DNA of 64,000 nt. Source: an uncultured Bacilli bacterium (GTDB taxonomy: Bacteria; Bacillota_I; Bacilli_A; RF39; UBA660). The stretch's first letter is position 1. Every line of letters begins with the position of its first letter. Location of the stretch: NCBI GenBank assembly GCA_950097225.1, contig CATNCE010000001.1, forward strand, positions 121,110 through 185,109, written 5' to 3'. The notes below the pieces were generated by a model, which was not told the DNA's origin, searched no databases, and saw nothing but the letters and a program-made list of their open reading frames with translations. Positions 38,999 to 48,488 of the stretch are shown here, one piece after another. A program made the translations under genes and the position numbers.

Positions 38999-41141
38999 AT
39001 TTAATGAATTAATTGAGTTGTGTACAGATAATGGTTATACAGAATCAGAGATTAAATTGATAAGGGATGCTTATCAGTATGCGTTAGTTCAACATGAGGG
39101 AATGAAGCGCAAAAATGGGGAAGAATATATAGTTCACCCATTAACAGTTGCCCAAATTGTAGCTAGTTTAAATACAGATGCAGTAACTGTTGCATCAGCT
39201 TTGGTTCATGAAACTATTGATCATGGGTCTTCTTCTTTTGAAAAATTGCAGGAACTATTTGGAGAAGACGTCAAGAATATTGTTGTATCTTTGACTAAAG
39301 TTAATCGCTTGCATCTTTTAGATAGTTCAGAGTCATCATCACTTTATTTGCGTAAAGTCTTGGTGGCCCTCTCAGAAGATGTACGAGTTATTATTTTAAA
39401 GTTAGCTGGTCGTCTTCATAATTTGCGTACTAATGAGGGACTAAGTAAGGAGAAACAGAAACAAAAAGCTTTAGAAACTTGGAATGTCTTAATTCCTATT
39501 GCACATCGTTTAGGTATAAATCAGTTGAAAAGCGAACTTGAAGATCTCAGTTTTCGTTATTTAAAGCCTGAGGTATATCAAGATATCGAAAATGAACTGC
39601 CAGCACCAAGAGAAGAACTTCAAGACATTCTTACGGAGATGTTGGACAAAATCGCAGAAGTTTTAAGGGATAATAATATAACGTATGAGATGAAGGGACG
39701 TGTTAAATCTACTTCTTCTTTGCATAATAAGTTATCTAATGGGAAAAAATGGAGTGAGATATACGATATTTTAGGAATAAGAGTTATATGTGAAGAGGTA
39801 AGTGATTGTTACTTGATAATTGGACTAATACATTCACTATTTCGCCCGATTCCTAAGAGATTTAAAGATTATATTGCAATGCCAAAGGGGAATTCATATC
39901 AGTCTCTTCATACAGGAGTATTTGGAATAAATGGCTACCCAATTGAGGTCCAGGTTCGAACAAAGGATATGAATGAAATTGCTGAACACGGAGTTGCTTC
40001 TCATTGGTCTTATAAAGAAAAAAATTCTAAAAATATTCAAAATGTAATGGAACAAAAATTGCAAATGTTTAGAAATATTATTGAAGCTAACTCTGATGAT
40101 GTTGCTGATGATGATACGTTTATGGGAAATATCGAAGATGAACTATTGTCTAGTACGATTTATGTTTTTACTCCTAAAGGAGATGTCGTTGAGTTGCCAG
40201 CTGGTTCAACACCAATTGATTTCGCTTACCGAATTCATTCCCGTGTTGGGGAAACTACGATTGGGGCGATTGTCAATGATCAAATGGTGAGTCTTGATTA
40301 TAAATTAAATGATAATGATATTGTTAAGATAATGACAGATAAGAATTCAACACCTAATAAAGATTGGTTGAATATCGTTAAAACAGCTTCTGCTCGTGCT
40401 AAGATTAAGGCGTATTTTTCTAAGCAAGATAAAGAAGAATATATTAATAGAGGAAGAGGATTGTTAGAGCGAGAATTGCGTCGTCAGAAAATTGCTATAG
40501 CAGATGCCTTGTCTTTAGAGCATCAAGAAAAACTTATTAAGGATTTAAAGTGTGGTTCATTTGAAGAGGTCCTTCTTAGTATTGGGTCTCTTCGTTATAC
40601 TCCAATATATATTGTTAATTTATTATATGAAGATAAGAAAAATGTTCAGGATTTACTCTTAGATAAAGTAATGACATCTGTTCCTCCGACTAAGATAAAT
40701 TATAAAAATGATATAATTGTTTCAGGGTGTGATGACATATTAGTTAATTTGGCGAGTTGTTGTAAACCGGTTTTGGGTGATGATATTATTGGATATATAA
40801 CTAAGGGCCAAGGAATAACTGTTCATAAGAGAGATTGTATCAATGTTCGTGATATGCAAACGCGTTTAATTGATGTTAGTTGGAACATGAATTTAGTTAG
40901 TGATGATAAACAATATGTAGCGAAGTTAACTATTGAAACAAATGCGCTTAAGAGCAATATTTTAGATATAGTTACTAAGGCAACTGTTCGAGGAATTGTA
41001 GTAAGTAATATTAGTGAGATAAGCCGTAATTATGTAATATATTATGATGTATTAGTTAAAGTTAAATGTAAAGATGATTTAGAGTTGTTTATTGATGATT
41101 TGAGTAATTTAACTTTTATTACGAAAGTTAAGAGGTATTAG
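38982..41141 (+). CDS. rel: Long RelA/SpoT (Rel) (p)ppGpp synthetase with degenerate HD domain
   Basis: AHRLGI, GRVKS, YDILGIR, RFKDYI, YQSLHT, EVQVRT, TGS, CCKP, HKRDC. Confidence 0.93.
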   Translation: MKMEDKFNELIELCTDNGYTESEIKLIRDAYQYALVQHEGMKRKNGEEYIVHPLTVAQIVASLNTDAVTVASALVHETIDHGSSSFEKLQELFGEDVKNIVVSLTKVNRLHLLDSSESSSLYLRKVLVALSEDVRVIILKLAGRLHNLRTNEGLSKEKQKQKALETWNVLIPIAHRLGINQLKSELEDLSFRYLKPEVYQDIENELPAPREELQDILTEMLDKIAEVLRDNNITYEMKGRVKSTSSLHNKLSNGKKWSEIYDILGIRVICEEVSDCYLIIGLIHSLFRPIPKRFKDYIAMPKGNSYQSLHTGVFGINGYPIEVQVRTKDMNEIAEHGVASHWSYKEKNSKNIQNVMEQKLQMFRNIIEANSDDVADDDTFMGNIEDELLSSTIYVFTPKGDVVELPAGSTPIDFAYRIHSRVGETTIGAIVNDQMVSLDYKLNDNDIVKIMTDKNSTPNKDWLNIVKTASARAKIKAYFSKQDKEEYINRGRGLLERELRRQKIAIADALSLEHQEKLIKDLKCGSFEEVLLSIGSLRYTPIYIVNLLYEDKKNVQDLLLDKVMTSVPPTKINYKNDIIVSGCDDILVNLASCCKPVLGDDIIGYITKGQGITVHKRDCINVRDMQTRLIDVSWNMNLVSDDKQYVAKLTIETNALKSNILDIVTKATVRGIVVSNISEISRNYVIYYDVLVKVKCKDDLELFIDDLSNLTFITKVKRY

Positions 41142-41585
41142 ATGAAAGTAGTTGTTCAAAGAGTTAAATCTTCTAAAGTAGCAGTGAGGGGAACTTTAAT
41201 CAATAAGATTGCTAAGGGATTGAATATTTTAGTTGGATTTAGTGTAGATGATACGATGGATGATATAGACTATATCGTTAGAAAAGTTGTTAACTTGCGC
41301 ATATTTGATGATGAAGAGGGCATTATGAATAGATCTATTGTCGATATTCAAGGCGAGATTCTTTCTATTTCCCAATTTACTTTACAGGCTGAGACTAAAA
41401 AGGGAAATAGGCCAAGTTATGCAAAGGCGATGAAGGGCTTTGATTCAATTAAATTATATGAAGAATTTAATTCACAATTAAATGGATATGTAAAAACATA
41501 TCCAGGTGTATTTGGAGAAGAGATGGAAGTTGATATCGTAAATGATGGACCAGTGACGATCATTATTGATTCGAAGGATAAGTAA
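41142..41585 (+). CDS. dtd: D-aminoacyl-tRNA deacylase
   Basis: VVQRV, NLRIF, SQFTL, KGNRPS, NDGPVT; follows rel. Confidence 0.96.
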   Translation: MKVVVQRVKSSKVAVRGTLINKIAKGLNILVGFSVDDTMDDIDYIVRKVVNLRIFDDEEGIMNRSIVDIQGEILSISQFTLQAETKKGNRPSYAKAMKGFDSIKLYEEFNSQLNGYVKTYPGVFGEEMEVDIVNDGPVTIIIDSKDK

Positions 41586-41597
41586 TATTATCCTTTT

Positions 41598-41951
41598 TTA
41601 TTTGCTACTTTTATTTACACCAAACATCGTCCCTAGAGTAGTACTAGCTATAATGATTAAGTAATAAATAACATTATATAGAGAATGAGAACTTTGAAGA
41701 ATAAAACTTAAAATAAACATTATGAAAGCAATAGCACTGCCATATGCAAGACCTTTTAAGTATCCTTTGTCTTTAATGTTAAGACCAAGAATAAAACCGG
41801 ATATAAGCATAAATATAATAATAAATATAGTATATATTATTTTAGAAATTTCCATACCTAAAAGATTTATAATACTAAATATTAAGGGAAGAATTAAAAT
41901 AGAAGCTAAGGGAAATGCACATATTTTTATATATTTTTTCAAAAAAATCAC
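41598..41951 (-). CDS. TIGR04086/YrzE-like 4-TM membrane protein
   Basis: Four TM helices, G..KGYLKG and GTMFGVN motifs. Confidence 0.7.
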   Translation of the reverse strand: MIFLKKYIKICAFPLASILILPLIFSIINLLGMEISKIIYTIFIIIFMLISGFILGLNIKDKGYLKGLAYGSAIAFIMFILSFILQSSHSLYNVIYYLIIIASTTLGTMFGVNKSSK

Positions 41952-41989
41952 CTAATAAAATATATTAGGTAATTTAATTAATATGCGTT

Positions 41990-42343
41990 TTATTTTTTTA
42001 GTGTGGCATTATTGGCGGCAGCAATGTAGGTTCTTAAAAGTGTTCCAGCACCTAATTTGGTACCTCCGAAATAGCGGACAACTGCAATGAGGCAATTATT
42101 GAGATTTTTATGTTCGATTATGTTGTAAATTGGAAGGCCAGCGGTGTTAGAGGGTTCTTTGTCATCACTTTTTTTAGCGGTGTTATTAACTTTGTAGGCG
42201 TAGGGAATATGACGTGCTTTTTTGTGTTCTTGGCGGAGTTGAGCTAATATTTTTTCGGCTTCTTCTTTGGTGTTTATTTCGTAGTATAAGCCAATAAATT
42301 TAGATTTTTTTATCTCGATTGTATGAGTGTTTAGAAGTTTCAT
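41990..42343 (-). CDS. YigZ/IMPACT family protein (N-domain only)
   Basis: IKKSKFIG, HKKARH, SDDKEPSNTAG, VRYFGGTKLGAG. Confidence 0.9.
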   Translation of the reverse strand: MKLLNTHTIEIKKSKFIGLYYEINTKEEAEKILAQLRQEHKKARHIPYAYKVNNTAKKSDDKEPSNTAGLPIYNIIEHKNLNNCLIAVVRYFGGTKLGAGTLLRTYIAAANNATLKK

Positions 42344-42407
42344 TTAATCACCAACTTTATTATACTATAATATGGTTAAAATATGGTATAATTATTAAGG
42401 TGAAGAG

Positions 42408-42866
42408 ATGAATATTATATTTGTTTGTTTGGGGAATGTATGCCGAAGTGTCATGGCAGAAATGATCATGAAGGATCTTTTAAATAGAGCAGGAATAAGG
42501 GACGTAAATGTTGCTTCTTGTGGAATTAGTAATGAAGAAGAAGGAGAGCCGATTTATTATTTAGCTAAACATAAATTAGAGGAAAAAGGAATTTTGGTAT
42601 TTCCACATGGGGCTAGACAAATGAGTTATAATGATTATTTAAATAATGATTTAATAATTTGTATGGATCAGTTTAATAAAAGAGCGGTTTTAAATTTAAT
42701 TGGACATGATCAGGATGCTAAAGTTTGCATGTTAAAGTCATTTGTTGGGAAGTGTGATGATGTATTAGATCCTTGGTATACACGTGATTTTGAAACTACT
42801 TTTGCTGAGATTAAAGAGGCATGTGAGGCACTTTTAGAAAAACTTAGAAGGGATATTTATGATTAA
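42408..42866 (+). CDS. Low-molecular-weight protein-tyrosine phosphatase
   Basis: VCLGNVCRS P-loop, MD, DPWY. Confidence 0.93.
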   Translation: MNIIFVCLGNVCRSVMAEMIMKDLLNRAGIRDVNVASCGISNEEEGEPIYYLAKHKLEEKGILVFPHGARQMSYNDYLNNDLIICMDQFNKRAVLNLIGHDQDAKVCMLKSFVGKCDDVLDPWYTRDFETTFAEIKEACEALLEKLRRDIYD

Positions 42867-44640
42867 AGAAAAATTGAACTTAGTTCCGCATTTACCAGGT
42901 AGTTATCAGATGAAGGACAAAAATGGCGTTATTATATATGTTGGTAAAGCCAAGGATTTAAAAAATCGTCTTTCATCTTATTTTACTGGAAGAGTTACTG
43001 GGAAAACTAAAAAATTGGTTTCAGAAATAGTTGATTTCGAATATATAGTTACATCATCAGAGTTAGAATCATTTATATTGGAGATAAATTTAATTAAAAA
43101 GTATGATCCTAAATATAATATTCTTTTAAGAGATGATAAAAGTTATCCATATATTCAATATCGTAGAGATCCACATCCTATGCTTAAAGTAGTCCGTTAT
43201 TTGCATGTGAAAAAAAGTAATGGAAAGCATTTGTTTGGTCCATATGTTAATGCCTATGCAGCAAGGCGTATGGTTAATTTGATAAATCGTCTTTATCCCT
43301 TGCGAAAGTGTGATAATCTAGGAAAAGATGTCTGTTTGTTTTATCATATACATGAGTGTTTAGGCTATTGTGTCAAAAATACATCAGCATATGAAATTAA
43401 TAAGATGGAGGAAGAAATATTAGCTATTTTAAATGGTAATGATGATATTTTAATCAATAAATTAATGGGATTAATTCAGAAACACTCAGAGAATATGAAT
43501 TATGAAGTGGCACTGGAATTAAAAAATGAGCTTGATTATATTAAGATTGTCATGGAAAAACAAAAAGTAGAACTACACGATTTCATCAATCGTGATGTAA
43601 TAAATTATTATTTTCAAAATGGTTTTATTTCGATTGAGATATTCTTTATTAGAAATGGTAAATTAGTTGGCCAGAAAAATAATATTATGCCAGTTAATGA
43701 TGATTATATAGATGATATTGAGTCATATGTTGCTCTATTTTATAGTAAACATGAAGTTCCTAAGGAAATTATTACTACTAGTGAACTTAATTTGGATGTT
43801 TTAAGTAGTGTATTAAATACTAAAGTTATCAATGTTACTAAGGGCGATAAGAAGAGAATTTTGGATTTGGCTTATACTAATGCCAAGATCAGTTTAGAAA
43901 ATAATTTTGAAACAATTACGCGAGAAATTGAGAGAACTAGTGGAGCTAATGAAGAGCTAGAGGAATTACTAGGAATTAAGATTAATCGAATTGATTCTTT
44001 TGATAATTCTAATTTATTTGGTTCTTATGCTGTTTCAGGGATGGTTGTTTATAAGGATGGTAAGCCTAGTAAAAATGATTATCGTAAGTACAAGGTGTCA
44101 GTTGATGTTAATGATGATTATCATACTATGAAAGAAGTCACTTATAGAAGGTATTATCGAGCTTTGATCGAGCATACTGAGTTACCAGATTTAATACTTG
44201 CTGATGGAGGAATTACGCAGGTTAATGCGATAAAAGAAACTTTAGAGTCATTGGGACTTGATAAGAAAATCAAGGTGTGTGGAATGATTAAGAATGATAA
44301 GCATCGCACTAATGAGCTTTTAGATGGGGATACTTTAGAGACTATTCCGATTGAAAGAACGAGCAATGTATTTCATTATTTAACGCGTATTCAAGATGAA
44401 GTGCACAGATATACGATTAATTATCATCGTACACTGAGAAGTAAAGGTTCTATTTCCTCTTTATTGGATAATATTGAAGGAATTGGGGCTGTACGTAAAA
44501 AAGAATTAATTAAACGCTTTGGTAGTGTTAAAAAGATGAGTGAGGCTAGTGTGGAGGAATTAAAGGAGATTGTTCCTGAGAATGTGGCGGTTAATATTGG
44601 CAAATATTTAACAGACTTTTTGAATAAAAATGTTGATTAG
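42859..44640 (+). CDS. uvrC: Excinuclease ABC subunit C
   Basis: GIY-YIG (IIYVGKAKDLKNR), FDNSN, LPDLILADGG, HhH. Confidence 0.97.
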   Translation: MIKEKLNLVPHLPGSYQMKDKNGVIIYVGKAKDLKNRLSSYFTGRVTGKTKKLVSEIVDFEYIVTSSELESFILEINLIKKYDPKYNILLRDDKSYPYIQYRRDPHPMLKVVRYLHVKKSNGKHLFGPYVNAYAARRMVNLINRLYPLRKCDNLGKDVCLFYHIHECLGYCVKNTSAYEINKMEEEILAILNGNDDILINKLMGLIQKHSENMNYEVALELKNELDYIKIVMEKQKVELHDFINRDVINYYFQNGFISIEIFFIRNGKLVGQKNNIMPVNDDYIDDIESYVALFYSKHEVPKEIITTSELNLDVLSSVLNTKVINVTKGDKKRILDLAYTNAKISLENNFETITREIERTSGANEELEELLGIKINRIDSFDNSNLFGSYAVSGMVVYKDGKPSKNDYRKYKVSVDVNDDYHTMKEVTYRRYYRALIEHTELPDLILADGGITQVNAIKETLESLGLDKKIKVCGMIKNDKHRTNELLDGDTLETIPIERTSNVFHYLTRIQDEVHRYTINYHRTLRSKGSISSLLDNIEGIGAVRKKELIKRFGSVKKMSEASVEELKEIVPENVAVNIGKYLTDFLNKNVD

Positions 44641-44681
44641 GTTATGGATTTATTATAAAATGTCTTTAGGATAGTGATAAT

Positions 44682-45143
44682 ATGGCAAAAGATATATATG
44701 GCGGAAGAAAAATGTATGTAGGGCCTTGGTTTTTTATTTTGATAATTCCAATTGGTTTGATTATAATATGTTTCTTATATGATTTTGGTAGAGGAAATGC
44801 TGAACGTGCTAAGTTAGATCTTGATACAAAAGAAATTTTAACTGAGGTATTAAATCGTGAGGGATTAGAAACTCTTGATGAGATGCGTGATTTTGCTGAA
44901 CGTCAATATAAATTAAAAGGCTATGATCCAGAAGATTTGACTTTTACAGAAGAAGATAATGGACAATATATTATAGCTACGTATAATCAGTACACTAGTG
45001 TCATAGGAGAGTTATCGTTTGGTTTAGTTCGTAGCAAGAGAATATCGGTTCATTCGGCTTATAAAGGATATTTTAATGAATTTAAAGAGATTGTAATAGA
45101 AAAATATGTTGAGGATGATACTGAAGATCTGCTAGTTGATTAA
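44682..45143 (+). CDS. Membrane-anchored hypothetical protein
   Basis: Single N-terminal TM. Confidence 0.6.
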   Translation: MAKDIYGGRKMYVGPWFFILIIPIGLIIICFLYDFGRGNAERAKLDLDTKEILTEVLNREGLETLDEMRDFAERQYKLKGYDPEDLTFTEEDNGQYIIATYNQYTSVIGELSFGLVRSKRISVHSAYKGYFNEFKEIVIEKYVEDDTEDLLVD

Positions 45144-45191
45144 GAGAATTTTGTATTCTCTTTTTTTCGACAATTATTTACAACATATACA

Positions 45192-45221
45192 TTGTAAGTG
45201 AAAGTGATTTTATGATACAAT
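45192..45221 (+). promoter_or_regulatory. Promoter of adhesin copy 1 (homologous to that of copy 3), Spo0A box at 45166-45172
   Basis: TTGTAA-18nt-TACAAT with TG; TTCGACA upstream. Confidence 0.55.
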
Positions 45222-45236
45222 ACTCATGAGAATAGG

Positions 45237-46931
45237 ATGTTGCTTATGAAAAAGAAAAGTATCATATATTTCTTTGTTATCGCACTTGTAATTGGATTTG
45301 CTAGTGTAACAGCAAACTTAATCATAAATAATACTTTAAATATTGGTTTTAATAATGCTTTCCTAGATAATGTTATATTTATAAATACTAAAACTGATGG
45401 AAAGGCATCAATTAGTTTAGATGGAAAAACAATCAGTTATGAAGCAAAAGAGTTAACTAGCATAAATGAAGGAAACACTTTAACATTTTGGATAAAAAAT
45501 GAAAATACTCAATATGATGTCGAAGCCATTATATCTTGTAGTATTGATAATGCATCAGAGAATATCAAAGATTTAGTAAGTATATCAGTTGAACCTAAAA
45601 GTTTTACTTTAGCAAGTAATGAAGTAAAAAGTGGAGAAGTCAGAATAGAAATGACTAGTGTTGTTACTGAAAGTATAGATGGAAACTTCACATGTGAACT
45701 AATAGCAACACCAGTAGAAAGAGAAGAAACAGGTGTAATAACTGATACATGTGTAAATGCATTAAATGGAGCTGATCCTGTAATAAATGGTGAGTTAATA
45801 CCTGTTGAATTAGACGATAATGGTATTGTTACATATTCAGATAAAGGTGAGTCTTGGTACAACTATTGTGAGCGAAAATGGGCCAATGCGGTGATATTAG
45901 TTGATAGTCCATCAAAGATTTATAATGTAGGTGATACAATCCAAGAGAGTGATATTGAATCATACTTCGTGTGGATACCAAGATATAGATACAAACTATT
46001 CCATACCAACCAAGCTGATGGGGTTACTGATAAATTATCTGAAAGTAATGCTCAAGAAATCGAGATTAAGTTTGAAGGTAAGGAAACACCTGTATCCGTT
46101 GGTACTCAAGACGGAGAATGGTTAACCCATCCCGCATTCACAAATTTCGATGTAAATGGCATATGGGTAGGAAAGTTCGAAACAGGGTATAAAGGAGCGA
46201 CAACTGCATCAGCTGCAGCCGTAAATTCAAGTGATCCAACGAAAATCCAGGTGAAGCCAAATGTATATTCATGGAGAGGTAGTACTGTGGGTAACTTCTT
46301 CAAAGCTATGTATAATTATAATCGTGGGTTGGATTCGCATATGATGAAAAATACTGAGTGGGGAGCAGTTGCATATCTATCACACTCAAAATACGGAATC
46401 AATACAGAAGTGCGAATCAATAATAATTCAAATTATTTAACTGGCTATGCGGCAAATGCAAAGGACGCTGGGTCGAGTACAACAACAAACCAATCATACA
46501 ACACTGAAACCGGATATTTAGCATCAACTACTGGTAATATAACTGGGATTTATGACATGTCTGGTGGGTCTTGGGAGTATGTAGCAGGCTACCGCGATGG
46601 AAAAGTAGGAAGTAGTGGACTAACATTAATTGAGATAAGAGATACATATAGTAGATATATAGATGTGTATGCAAATGATTCGTCGAAAACTACTTATAGT
46701 AAGCGAATACTAGGGGATGCGACGGGAGAGATGGGACCATTTCACGGAAGAGAACCGCAATATTATAATAACTGGTACAATGATTATTCGCACTTCGCAG
46801 AGGCTTCTTATCCTTGGTTTGCGCGTGGCGGCTCTCACGATCATACCTCTAATGCGGGCCAGTTCTACTTCAGCAGGGATACTGGTGGATCCTATAGTTA
46901 TGTTAGCGCGCGTCTCGTCTTATTGGGCTAA
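45237..46931 (+). CDS. Secreted adhesin: N-terminal pilin/TasA-like domain plus C-type-lectin (FGE-like) domain with variable C-terminus, copy 1
   Basis: Signal peptide ending IGFA; VWIPRY, HPAF, GIWVGKFE, YDMSGGSWEYV, PWFARGG..RLVL. Confidence 0.8.
   Translation: MLLMKKKSIIYFFVIALVIGFASVTANLIINNTLNIGFNNAFLDNVIFINTKTDGKASISLDGKTISYEAKELTSINEGNTLTFWIKNENTQYDVEAIISCSIDNASENIKDLVSISVEPKSFTLASNEVKSGEVRIEMTSVVTESIDGNFTCELIATPVEREETGVITDTCVNALNGADPVINGELIPVELDDNGIVTYSDKGESWYNYCERKWANAVILVDSPSKIYNVGDTIQESDIESYFVWIPRYRYKLFHTNQADGVTDKLSESNAQEIEIKFEGKETPVSVGTQDGEWLTHPAFTNFDVNGIWVGKFETGYKGATTASAAAVNSSDPTKIQVKPNVYSWRGSTVGNFFKAMYNYNRGLDSHMMKNTEWGAVAYLSHSKYGINTEVRINNNSNYLTGYAANAKDAGSSTTTNQSYNTETGYLASTTGNITGIYDMSGGSWEYVAGYRDGKVGSSGLTLIEIRDTYSRYIDVYANDSSKTTYSKRILGDATGEMGPFHGREPQYYNNWYNDYSHFAEASYPWFARGGSHDHTSNAGQFYFSRDTGGSYSYVSARLVLLG
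46221..46367 (+). repeat. 147-bp perfect direct repeat shared with 62638-62784
   Basis: Base-by-base identical from GTAAATTCAAGTGATCC to GAGTGGGGAGCA. Confidence 0.9.
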
Positions 46932-47020
46932 GATAATTCTGTGTAAAAATTGTGTAGATAATGATAAAAAGTGCAATGCAAACACTTGTACAAAAAAATG
47001 CTATATTACTAATAGGGTAG

Positions 47021-48280
47021 TCCGCTAAAGATATCTTATATAATTCAACTGATGAAGCCTGGGAGATCGATACAGTAGATGATGCATTAAATGATTTATA
47101 TAATGCATGTGTATTAGGAGAACTGCCCGGATATGGAGGGGCTATAGCAAGCGCACCATTAATAAATGGGGATTTAGTGCCAATAATAATAGCGAGTGAT
47201 GGAGTAGTAACAAAAGCAAATCCAAGTGAAAAATGGTATGATTATAATAATAAAGAATGGGCTAATGCAGTAATATTAGTAGATAATCCAAGTAAACAAT
47301 ATCGTATAGGAGATACAATTCAGGAAAGTGATATTGAATCATATTTTGTATGGATACCAAGATATAGATATAAGTTATTCCATGCTAATCAGGCAGATGG
47401 ATATGAAAATAAATTATCTGAGAGTATAGCACAGGAAATCGAGATTGAGTTTGAGAGTAAAGATACGCCAGTGTCAACAGGAAGTAAGAATGGAGAATGG
47501 TTAACGCATCCAGCTTTCACAAACTTTGATGTCAATGGCATCTGGGTAGGAAAATTTGAACTTGGTTATAAAGGAGCAACAAGTGCGTTTTCAGCTTGGG
47601 CAAACTCAAGTGATTCAACCAAAATCCAAATAAAGCCTAATGTATATCCGTGGAATGGTAATTCTATAGGCAATTATTTCAAGGCTATGTATAATTATAA
47701 ACGTGATTTAGACTCGCATATGATGAAAAATACCGAGTGGGGAGCAGTGGCTTATTTATCCCAGTCGAAATATGGGATAAATACAAAAATAGAAACTAAT
47801 AGTAATTCGGGATTTTTAACAGGGTATGCAACTGCAAATCATCCCTATAATACAGAAACTGGCTATTTGGCTTCAACTACTGACAATATAAGCGGGATTT
47901 ACGATATGTCTGGGGGAATTGATGAGTATGTAGCTGGATATATAGATGGAAATGTTGGAAATAGTGGTTTAACACTGGATGAAATAAGGAATACCTATAA
48001 TAAATATATAGATGTATATGCAAGTAGTAGTGCGGCAACGACATATAGCAATCGTATGCTAGGAGATGCAACCGGAGAGATGGGGCCATTCTATTATAAT
48101 GGATCTAATTATCGAAACAACTGGTATGATGATTATTCGTACTTTGTGGACTCTTCCTCCCCTTGGTTCCGTCGCGGCGGAGCTAGTTCAAGAGCACCTG
48201 GTTTATTTAATTTTCGGGGGAGGAGTACTATGGGAGGCGGTAGCGTAAGTGATTCTTCTCGTCTCGTTTTATTAGGATAG
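47021..48280 (+). pseudogene. C-type-lectin-fold adhesin copy 2, 5'-truncated (no signal peptide or ATG start)
   Basis: Frame open from 47021 (SAKDILYNSTDEAWEIDTVDDALNDLY...) after TAG 47018; the only in-frame start nearby is GTG 47177, inside the homologous domain. Confidence 0.65.
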
Positions 48281-48333
48281 TATGGTGATTTTGTGTGTAA
48301 GAATTATTTTATTTAAAATTTAATTTTGTATTG

Positions 48334-48365
48334 AGGATAGATGCTTGTTGGGTCTATCCTTTTTT
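48334..48365 (+). terminator. Rho-independent terminator
   Basis: AGGATAGAT/GTCTATCCT stem plus T-run. Confidence 0.75.
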
Positions 48366-48488
48366 GTGGAGTTGTTAACCACTATTTTGTTAGATTATGA
48401 TGAATTTTGGAAAAAATTGTAATGAAAAAAATAAAATAGTATGTTATAATTTCTATTATAGAGGATTCGCGATTAAGAGGTGTAATTC

